A stretch of 64,000 nt of DNA from Eledone cirrhosa (lineage: Eukaryota): positions 255,812,001-255,876,000 of the forward strand of contig OZ024741.1 of NCBI GenBank assembly GCA_964016885.1, in the 5' to 3' direction. Below the pieces are notes generated by a model that was given only the letters and a program-made list of their open reading frames with translations, searched no databases and was not told the DNA's origin. A program made the position numbers and the translations under genes. Position 1 is the first letter of the stretch. Every line of letters starts with the position of its first letter. Positions 12,001-21,900 of the stretch are shown here, one piece after another.

Positions 12001-15000
12001 TCTGTCAATGCCAGTGTTGTTGTTGTTGCTGTTTTCTCTGTCAGTGCCAGTGTTGTTGTTGTTGCTGTTTTCTGTGTCAGTGCCAGTGTTGTTGTTGTTG
12101 CTGTTTTCTGTGTCAGTGCCAGTGTTGTTGTAGTTGTTGCTGTTTTCTGTGCCAGTGCCAGTGTTGTTGTAGTTGTTGCTGTTTTCTGTGTCAGTGCCAG
12201 TGTTGTTGTAGTTGTTGCTGTTTTCTCTGTGAGTGCCAGTTTTGTTGTAGTTGTTGCTGTTTTCTCTGTCAGTGCCAGTGTTGTTGTAGTTGTTGCTGTT
12301 TTCTGTGTCAGTGCCAGTGTTTTTGTTGTTGCTGTTTTCTCTGTCAGTGCCAGTGTTGTTGTAGTTGTTGCTGTTTTCTGTGTCAGTGCCAGTGTTGTTG
12401 TAGTTGTTGCTGTTTTCTGTGTCAGTGCCAGTGTTGTTGTTGCTGTTTTCTCTGTCAGTGCCAGTGTTGTTGTTGCTGTTGCTGTTTTCTGTGTCAGTGC
12501 CAGTGTTGTTGTAGTTGTTGCTGTTTTCTCTGTGAGTGCCAGTGTTGTTGTAGTTGTTGCTGTTTTCTCTGTCAGTGCCAGTGTTGTTGTAGTTGTTGCT
12601 GTTTTCTGTGTCAGTGCCAGTGTTTTTGTTGTTGCTGTTTTCTCTGTCAGTGCCAGTGTTGTTGTAGTTGTTGCTGTTTTCTGTGTCAGTGCCAGTGTTG
12701 TAGTTGTTGCTGTTTTCTCTGTCAGTGCCAGTGTTGTTGTTGCTGTTTTCTCTGTCAGTGCCAGTGTTGTTGTTGCTGTTGCTGTTTTCTGTGTCAGTGC
12801 CAGTGTTGTTGTAGTTGTTGCTGTTTTCTGTGTCAGTGCCGGTGTTGTTGTTGTTGCTGTTTTCTCTGTCAATGCCAGTGTTGTTGTTGTTGCTGTTTTC
12901 TCTGTCAGTGACAGTGTTGTTGTTGTTGCTGTTTTCTGTGTCAGTGCCAGTGTTGTTGTTGTTGCTGTTTTCTGTGTCAGTGCCAGTGTTGTTGTAGTTG
13001 TTGCTGTTTTCTGTGCCAGTGCCAGTGTTGTTGTAGTTGTTGCTGTTTTCTGTGTCAGTGCCAGTGTTGTTGTAGTTGTTGCTGTTTTCTCTGTGAGTGC
13101 CAGTGTTGTTGTAGTTGTTGCTGTTTTCTCTGTCAGTGCCAGTGTTGTTGTAGTTGTTGCTGTTTTCTCTGTCAGTGCCAGTGTTTTTGTTGTTGCTGTT
13201 TTCTCTGTCAGTGCCAGTGTTGTTGTAGTTGTTGCTGTTTTCTGTGTCAGTGCCAGTGTTGTTGTAGTTGTTGCTGTTTTCTGTGTCAGTGCCAGTGTTG
13301 TTGTTGCTGTTTTCTCTGTCAGTGCCAGTGTTGTTGTAGTTGTTGCTGTTTTCTCTGTCAGTGCCAGTTTTGTTGTAGTTGTTGCTGTTTTCTGTGTCAG
13401 TGCCAGTGTTGTTGTAGTTGTTGTTGTTTTCTTTGTCAGTGCCAGTGTTGTTGTTGTTGCTGTTTTCTCTGTCAGTGCCAGTGTTGTAGTTGTTGCTGTT
13501 TTCTCTGTCAGTGCCAGTGTTGTTGTTGTTGTTGCTGTTTTCTCTGTCAGTGCCAGTGGTGTTGTTGTTGCTATTTTCACTGTCAGTGCCAGTGTTGTTG
13601 TTGTTACTGTTGCTGTTTTCTGTGTCAGTGCCAGTGTTGTTATTGTTACTGTTGCTGTTTTCTGTGCCAGTGCCAGTGTTATTGTTGCTGTTGTTGCTGT
13701 TTTGTCTGTCAGTGCCAGTGTTGTAGTTGTTGCTGTTTTCTCTGTCAGTGCCAGTGTTGTTGTAGTTGTTGCTGTTTTCTGTGTCAGTGCCAGTGTTGTT
13801 GTTGTTGCTGTTTTCTCTGTCAGTGCCAGTGTTGTTGTAGTTGTTGCTGTTTTCTCTGTCAGTGCCAGTGTTGTTGTAGTTGTTGCTGTTTTCTGTGTCA
13901 GTGCCAGTGTTGTTGTAGTTGTTGCTGTTTTCTCTGTCAGTGCCAGTGTTGTTGTTGTTGTTGCTGTTTTCTCTGTCAGTGCCAGTGTTGTAGTTGTTGC
14001 TGTTTTCTCTGTCAGTGCCAGTGTTGTTGTAGTTGTTGCTGTTTTCTGTGTCAGTGCCAGTGTTGTTGCTGTTGCTGTTTTCTCTGTCAGTGCCAGTGTT
14101 GTTGTAGTTGTTGCTGCTTTCTCTGTCAGTGCCAGTGTTGTTGTAGTTGTTGCTGTTTTCTGTGTCAGTGCCAGTGTTGTTGTTGTTGCTGTTTTCTCTG
14201 TCAATGCCAGTGTTGTTGTAGTTGTTGCTGTTTTCTGTGTCAGTGCCACTGTTGTTGTTGCTGTTTTCTGTGTCAGTGCCAGTGTTGTTGTTGTTGCTGT
14301 TTTCTCTGTCAGTGCCAGTGTTGTTGTTGCTGTTTTCTCTGTCAGTGCCAGTGTTGTTGTTGTTGCTGTTTTCTGTGTCAGTGCCATTGTTATTGCTGTT
14401 GTTGCTGTTTTCTGTGTCAGTGCCACTGTTGTTGTTGCTGTTGTTGCTGTTTTCTGTGTCAGTGCCAGTGTTGTTGCTGTTGCTGTTTTCTCTGTCAGTG
14501 CCAGTGTTGTTGTAGTTGTTGCTGTTTTCTCTGTCAGTGCCAGTGTTGTAGTTGTTGCTGTTTTCTGTGTCAGTGCCAGTGTTGTTGTTGTTGCTATTTT
14601 CACTGTCAGTGCCAGTGTTGTTGTTGTTGCTGTTTTCTGTGTCAGTGCCAGTGTTGTTGTTGTTGCTGTTGCTGTTTTCTGTGTCAGTTCCAGTGTTGCT
14701 GTTGCTGTTTTCTGTGCCAGTGCCAGTGTTATTGTTGCTGTTGTTGCTGTTTTCTGTGTCAGTGCCACGGTTGTTGTTGCTGTAGTTGCTGTTTTCTGTG
14801 TCAGTGCCAGTGTTGTTGTTGCTGTTTTCTGTGTCAGTGCCAGTGTTGTTGTTGCTGTTGTTGCTGTTTTCCGTGCCAGTGTTGTTGTAGTTGTTGCTGT
14901 TTTCTGTGTCAGTGCCGGTGTTGTTGTTGCTGTTTTCTCTGTCAGTGCCAGTGTTGTTGTTGTTGCTGTTTTCTCTGTCAGTGCCAGTGTTGTTGTTGTT

Positions 15001-16641
15001 GCTGTTTTCTGTGTCAGTGCCAGTGTTGTTGTAGTTGTTGCTGTTTTCTGTGTCAGTGCCAGTGTTGTAGTTGTTGCTGTTTTCTGTGTCAGTGCCAGTG
15101 TTGTTGTAGTTGTTGCTGTTTTCTCTGTCAGTGCCAGTGTTGTTGTAGTTGTTGCTGTTTTCTCTGTCAGTGCCAGTGTTGTTGTAGTTGTTGCTGTTTT
15201 CTGTGTCAGTGCCAGTGTTGTTGTAGTTGTTGCTGTTTTCTGTGTCAGTGCCAGTGTTGTTGTAGTTGTTGCTGTTTTCTCTGTCAGTGCCAGTGTTGTT
15301 GTAGTTGTTGCTGTTTTCTCTGTCAGTGCCAGTGTTGTTGTAGTTGTTGCTGTTTTCTGTGTCAGTGCCAGTGTTGTTGTTGCTGTTTTCTCTGTCAGTG
15401 CCAGTGTTGTTGTAGTTGTTGCTGTTTTCTCTGACAGTGCCAGTGTTGTTGTAGTTGTTGCTGTTTTCTGTGTCAGTGCCAGTGTTGTTGTAGTTGTTGC
15501 TGTTTTCTCTGTCAGTGCCAGTGTTGTTGTTGTTGTTGCTGTTTTGTCTGTCAGTGCCAGTGTTGTAGTTGTTGCTGTTTTCTCTGTCAGTGCCAGTGTT
15601 GTTGTCGTTGTTGCTGTTTTCTGTGTCAGTGCCAGTGTTGTTGTTGCTGTTTTCTGTGTCAGTGTCAGTGTTGTTGTTGTTGCTATTTTCACTGTCAGTG
15701 CCAGTGTTGTTGCTGTTGCTGTTTTCTCTGTCAGTGCCAGTGATGTTCTAGTTGTTGCTGTTTTGTGTGTTAGTGCCAGTGTTGTTGTAGTTGTTGCTGT
15801 TTTCTGTGTCAGTGCCAGTGTTGTTGCTGTTGCTGTTTTCTCTGTCAGTGCCAGTGTTGTTGTAGTTGTTGCTGCTTTCTCTGTCAGTGCCAGTGTTGTT
15901 GTAGTTGTTTCTGTTTTCTGTGTCAGTGCCAGTGTTGTTGTTGTTGCTGTTTTCTCTGTCAGTGCCAGTGTTGTTGTAGTTGTTGCTGTTTTCTCTGTCA
16001 GTGCCAGTGTTGTTGATGTTGTTGCTGTTTTCTCTGTCAGTGCCAGTGTTGTAGTTGTTGCTGTTTTCTCTGTCAGTGCCAGTGTTGTTGTCGTTGTTGC
16101 TGTTTTCTGTGTCAGTGCCAGTGTTGTTGTTGTTGCTGTTTTCTGTGTCAGTGCCAGTGTTGTTGTTGTTGCTATTTTCACTGTCAGTGCCAGTGTTGTT
16201 GCTGTTGCTGTTTTCTCTGTCAGTGCCAGTGATGTTGTAGTTGTTGCTGTTTTCTGTGTTAGTGCCAGTGTTGTTGTAGTTGTTGCTGTTTTCTGTGTAA
16301 GTGCCAGTGTTGTTGTAGTTGTTGCTGCTTTCTCTGTCAGTGCCAGTGTTGTTGTAGTTGTTGCTGCTTTCTCTGTCAGTGCCAGTGTTGTTGTAGTTTT
16401 TTCTGTTTTCTGTGTCAGTGCAAGTGTTGTTGTTGTTGCTGCTTTCTCTGTCAGTGCCAGTGTTGTTGTAGTTGTTGCTGTTTTCTGTGTCAGTGCCACT
16501 GTTGTTGCTGTTTTCTGTGTCTGTGCCAGTGTTGTTGTTGTTGCTCTTTTCTCTGTCAGTGCCAGTGTTGTTGTTGCTGTTTTCTCTGTCAGTGCCAGTG
16601 TTGTTGTAGTTGTTGCTGTTTTCTGTGTCAGTGCCAGTGTT
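1..16641. repeat. Satellite A: 27-36 bp (mostly 30/33 bp) tandem array, consensus GCCAGT-GTTGTT(GTA)GTTGTT-GCTGTTTTC-T(C/G)T-GTCAGT; runs off the left edge
   Basis: Continuous head-to-tail units throughout. Length varies by GTT triplets and two main variants (TCT/TGT) are interspersed. About 530 units, estimated from length / ~31 bp. Confidence 0.98.
843..14200. repeat. Higher-order repeats of satellite A (landmark spacings 5492, 2708 and 2609 bp; nested 864 bp and 1209 bp duplications)
   Basis: The rare landmark GGTACC followed by a 1-bp-deleted unit (CCAGTGTGTTG) recurs at 893, 6385, 9093 and 11702. Near-identical 60-aa ORF pairs lie 864 bp apart (1142/2006, 6634/7498, 9342/10206, 11951/12815). 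The TTTACTC variant occurs at ~2541 and ~3750. Confidence 0.9.
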
Positions 16642-16646
16642 TCGGC
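11736..16646 (-). other. ~4.9 kb stop-free Thr-rich reading frame (LALT[E/Q]KTATTTTT)n, mucin-like; coding status unsupported
   Basis: ORF track 11736..16499. The frame stays open to an in-frame TAA just inside satellite B. There is no N-terminal ATG, signal peptide or non-repetitive domain; the only in-frame ATG seen is a variant near 14388. Confidence 0.15.
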
Positions 16647-18880
16647 TTACGTGTGTTTCGACTTACGAGTGTTTCGACTTACGACTGTTTCGGCTTACGA
16701 GTGTTTCGGCTTACGAGTGTTTCGGCTTACGAGTGTTTTGACTTACGAGTGTTTTGACTTACGATTGTTTGGCTTACGAGTGTTCTGACTTACGGGTGTT
16801 CTGACTTACGAGTGTTCCGACTTACGAGTGTTTCGGCTTATGAGGGTTTCGACTTACGATTGCTTCGGCTTACGAGTGTTTCGACTTACGATTGTTTCGG
16901 CTTATGAGGGTTTCGACTTACGATTGCTTCGGCTTACGAGTGTTTTGACGTACGGGTGTTTCGACTTACGAGTGTTTCGGCGTATGAGTGTTTTGACTTA
17001 CGAGTGTTTCGACTTACGAGTGTTTCGACTTACGATTGTTTCGAATTACGAGTGTTTCGACTTACGAGTGTTTTGACTTACGAGTGTTTTGACTTACGGT
17101 GTTTCTGCTTACGAGTGTTTCGACTTACGAGTGTTATGACTTACGGGTGTTTTGACATACGAGTGTTTCGACTTACGAGTGTTTTGACTTACGGGTGTTT
17201 TGACATACGAGTGTTTCGATACGAGTGTTCTGACTTACGAGTGTTATGACTTACGAGTGTTCTGACTTACGAGTGTTTCGACATACGAGTGTTTTGACTT
17301 ACGAGTGTTTCGAATTACGAGTGTTTTGACTTACGGGTGTTTTGACATACGAGTGTTTCGATACGAGTGTTCTGACTTACGAGTGTTCTGACTTACGAGT
17401 GTTTTGACTTACGAGTGTTCTGACTTACGAGTGTTCCGACTTACGAGTGTTCCGACTTACGAGTGTTTCGGCTTACGAGTGTTTCCGGCTTACGAGTGTT
17501 TCGACTTACGAGTGTTTTGACTTACCGTGTTTCGGCTTACGAGTGACTCGACTTACGAGTGTTTTGACTTACGGGTGTTTTGACTTACGGGTGTTGTGAA
17601 TTACGAGTGTTCCGATTTACGAGTGTTTTGACTTACGGTGTTTCGGCTTACGAGTGATTCGACTTACGAATGTTTTGACTTACGGGTGTTTCGGCTTGCG
17701 AGTGTTTCGACTTAGGAGTGTTTCGGCTTATGAGTGTTTCGACTTACTAATGTTTTTACTTACGAGTGTTCTGACTTACGAGTGTTCCGACTTACGAGTG
17801 TTCCGACTTACGAGTGTTTCGGCTTACGAGTGTTTCCGGCTTACGAGTGTTTCGACTTACGAGTGTTTCGACATACGAGTGTTTTGACTTACGGTGTTTC
17901 GACTTACGAGTGATTCGACTTACGAGTGTTTTGACTTACGGGTGTTTTGACTTACGGGTGTTGTGAATTACGAGTGTTCCGATTTACGAGTGTTTTGACT
18001 TACGGTGTTTCGGCTTACGAGTGATTCGACTTACGAATGTTTTGACTTACGGGTGTTTCGGCTTGCTAGTGTTTCGACTTACGAGTGTTTCGCCTTATGA
18101 GTGTTTCGACTTACTACTGTTTTTACTTACGAGTGTTTCGGCGTACGAGTGTTTTGACTTACGAATGTTTTGACTTACGTGTGTTTCGGCTTACGAGTGT
18201 TTCGACTTACGAGTGTTTCGGCTTGCGAGTGTTTCGACTTACTAATGTTTTTACTTACGAGTTTTTCGGCGTACGAGTGTTTCGACTTACGAGTCTTTCG
18301 ACTTACGGGTGTTTTGACTTAAGGGTGTTTCGACTTACAAGTGTTTCGACTTACGAGTGTTTCGACTTACGAGTGTTCTGACTTACGAGTGTTCTGATTT
18401 ACGGATGTTTCGACATACGAGTGTTTCGACTTACGAGTGTTTCGACTTACGAGTGTTTTGACTTACGGGTGTTTTGACATACGAGTGTTTCGATACGAGT
18501 GTTTCGACTTACGAGTGTTCTGACTTACGAGTGTTCTGGCTTACGAGTGTTCTGACTTACGAGTGTTCTGATTTACGAGTGTTCCGACTTACGAGTGTTT
18601 CGGCTTACGAGTGTTTCGGCTTACGAGTGTTTCGACTTACGAGTGTTTCGACTTACGAGTGTTCCGACTTACGGGTGTTTCGACTTACGAGTGGTTTGGC
18701 TTACGGTGTTTCGGCTTACGAGTGTTTCGAGTTACGAGTGTTTTGACTTACGAGTGTTTCGATACGAGTGTTCTGACTTACGAGTGTTCTGACTTACGAG
18801 TGTTCTGACTTACGAGTGTTCCGACTTTACGAGTGTTTCGGCTCACGAGTGTTTCGGCTTACGAGTGTTTCGACTTACGA

Positions 18881-18949
18881 AAATAACAAATAGACGCGGT
18901 TTCAAATCTCTATGATTTTCAAATTCATTACATTAATCTTTATTTATAC
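18881..18949. repeat. 69 bp AT-rich cassette, copy 1 (allele ATGATTTTC)
   Basis: AAATAACAAATAGACGCGGTTTCAAATCTCTATGATTTTCAAATTCATTACATTAATCTTTATTTATAC interrupts a B unit after GACTTACGA. Confidence 0.95.
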
Positions 18950-21900
18950 GTTTGGCTTTACGAGTGTTTCGACTTACGACTGTTTCGAGATACGAGTGTT
19001 TCGACTTCCGAATGTTTTTGCTTACGGGTGTTTCGACTTACGAATGTTTCGGCTTACGAGTGTTTCGGCTTACGAGTGTTCCGACTTAGGAGTGTTTCGG
19101 CTTACGAGTGTTTCCGGCTTACGAGTGTTTCGACTTACGAGTGTTTCGACTTTCGAGTGTTTTGACTTACGGTGTTTCGGCTTACGAGTGATTCGACTTA
19201 CGAGTGTTTTGACTTACGGGTGTTTTGACTTACGGGTGTTGTGAATTACCAGTGTTCCGATTTACGAGTGTTGTGACTTACGGTGTTTCGGCATGCGAGT
19301 GTTTCGACTTACGAGTGTTTCGGCTTATGAGTGTTTCGACTTACTAATGTTTTTACTTACGAGTGTTTCGGCGTTCGAGTGTTTTGACTTACGAGTGTTT
19401 CGACTTACGACTGTTTTGACTTACGAATGTTTTGACTTACGGGTGTTTCGGCTTACGGGTGTTTCGACTTACGAGTGTTTCGACTTATGAGTGTTTCGAC
19501 TTACGAGTGTTCTGACTTACGAGTGTTCTGACTTACGAGTGTTCCGACTTACGAGTCTTTCGGTTTACGAGTGTTTCGACATACGAGTGTTTTGACTTAC
19601 GGGTGTTTCGACTTACGGGTGTTTCGACTTACGAGTGTTTCGGCTTACGAGTGTTTCGACTTACTAATGTTTTTACTTACGAGTGTTTCGGTGTACGAAT
19701 GTTTTGACTTAAGGATGTTTCGACTTACGAGTGTTTCGACTTACGAGTGTTTCGGCTTACTGAGTTTCGACTTAAGAGTGTTCTGATTTACGAGTGTTCT
19801 GAATTGCGGGTGTTCTGATTTACGAGTGTTCCGACTTACGAATGTTTCGGCTTATGAGTGTTTCGACTTACGAGTGTTTCGACTTACGAGTGTTTTTACT
19901 TACGGTGTTTCGGCTTACGAGTGTTTCGACATACGAGTGTTTTGACTTACGGGTGTTTCGGCTTACGAGTGTTTCGACTTACGAGTGTTTCGGCTTACGA
20001 GTGTTTCGACTTACGAATGTTTTGACTTACGGGTGTTTCGGTTTATGAGTGTTTCGACTTACGAGTCTTTCGGCTTACGAGTGTTTCGACTTACTAATGT
20101 TTTTACTTACGAGTGTTTCGGCGTACGAGAGTTTTAACTTACGAGTGTTTCGACTTACGAGTGTTTTGACTTACGAATGTTTTGACTTACGGGTGTTTCG
20201 GCTTATGAGTGTTTCGACTTACGAGTCTTTCGGCTTACGAGTGTTTCGACTTACTAATGTTTTTACTTACGAGTGTTTCGGCGTACGAGTGTTTCGACTT
20301 ACGACTGTTTCGACTTACGGGTGTTTTGACTTACGGGTGTTTCGGCTGACGAGTGTTTCGACTTACGAGTGTTTTGACTTAAGGGTGTTTCGACTTACGA
20401 GTATTTTTGGCTTACGAGTGTTTCGACTTACGAGTGTTTTGACTTACGAGTGTTCTGATTTACGGATGTTTCGACATACGAGTGTTTCGACTTACGAGTG
20501 TTTCAACTTATGAGTGTTTCGACTTACGAGTGTTTCGACTTACGAGTGTTTCGGCTTGTGATTGTTTCGACTTACGAGTGTTTCGATACGAGTGTTCCGA
20601 CTTACGAGTGTTCTGACTTACGAGTATTCTGATTTACGGATGTTTCGACACACGAGTGTTTCGAATTACGAGTGTTTCGACTTACGAGTGTTTTGACTTA
20701 CGGGTGTTTTGACATACGAGTGTTTCGATACGAGTGTTTCGACTTATGAGTGTTTCGACTTACGAGTGTTCTGATTTACGAGTGTTCTGACTTACGAGTG
20801 TTCTGATTTACGGATGTTTCGACACACGAGTGTTTCGATACGAGTTTTTCGACTTACGAGTGTTTCGACTTATGAGTGTTTCGACTTACGAGTGTTCTGA
20901 CTTACGAGTGTTCTGACTTACGAGTATTCCGACTTACGAGTGTTTTGGCTTACGAGTGTTTCGACTTACTAATGTTTTTACTTACGAGTGTTTCGGAGTA
21001 CGAATGTTTTGACTTAAGGATGTTTCGACTTACGAGTGTTTCGACTTACGTGAGTTTCGACTTAAGAGTGTTCTGATTTACGAGTGTTCTGACTTACGAG
21101 TGTTTCGGCTTATGAGTGTTTCGACTTACGAGTGTTTCGGCTTACGAGTGTTTCGACTTATGGGTGTTTCGACTTACGATTGTTTTTACTTACGGTGTTT
21201 CGGCTTACGAGTGTTTCGACATACGAGTGTTTTGACTTACGGGTGTTTCGGCTTACGAGTGTTTCGACTTACGAGTGTTTCGGCTTACGAGTGTTTCGAC
21301 TTACTAATGTTTTTACTTACGAGTGTTTCGGCGTACGAGAGTTTTGACTTACGAGTGTTTCGACTTACGAGTGTTTTGACTTACGAATGTTTTGACTTAC
21401 GGGTGTTTCGGCTTATGAATGTTTCGACTTACGAGTCTTTCGGCTTACGAGTGTTTCGACTTACTAATGTTTTTACTTACGAGTGTTTCGGCGTACGAGT
21501 GTTTCGACTTACGAGTGTTTCGACTTACGGGTGTTTTCACTTACGGGTGTTTCGGCTTACGAGTGTTTCGACTTACGAGTGTTTTGACTTACGGGTGTTT
21601 CGACTTACGAGTATTTTTGGCTTACGAGTGTTTCGACTTACGAGTGTTTTGACTTACGAGTGTTCTGATTTACGGATGTTTCGACATACGAGTGTTTCGA
21701 CTTACGAGTGTTTCGACTTATGAGTGTTTCGACTTACGAGTGTTTCGGCTTACGAGTGTTTCGACTTACGAGTGTTTTGACATACGGTGTTTCGGCTTAC
21801 GAGTGTTTCGACTTACGAGTGTTTTGACTTACGGGTGTTTTGACATACGAGTGTTTCGATACGAGTGTTCTGACTTACGAGTGTTCTGACTTACGAGTGT

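Noticed and set aside
1-16641. Antifreeze glycoprotein gene
   Set aside because: AFGPs are (Ala-Ala-Thr)n tripeptide repeats; this frame is Thr-dominated with Leu/Lys/Glu/Gln and lacks that periodicity.
843-16788. Long plus-strand Cys-rich, Val-rich and Leu-rich ORFs (up to 2581 aa)
   Set aside because: These are alternative frames of a triplet-structured repeat, mostly with non-ATG starts and implausible composition. They switch frame at the repeated 1 bp deletion. Not metallothionein or keratin-associated genes.
17744-17760. TACTAAT branch-point-like variant
   Set aside because: It lies on the opposite strand to the GTAAGT motifs and is two substitutions from the monomer consensus; likely coincidental.
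18878-18955. Cassette as a MITE (imperfect ends CGAAAATAACAAATA / TATTTATACGTTTCG in most copies)
   Set aside because: Only about 11/15 matches in AT-rich sequence, partly contributed by the satellite itself. There is no clear target-site duplication, and identical flanks show passive co-amplification.
18912-19244. ATG in the cassette giving M(I/L/N)FKFITLIFIYTF, resembling a signal peptide fused to repeats
   Set aside because: AT-rich DNA naturally encodes F/I/L/K. The downstream frame is satellite, its length differs among copies, and no expression evidence is available.
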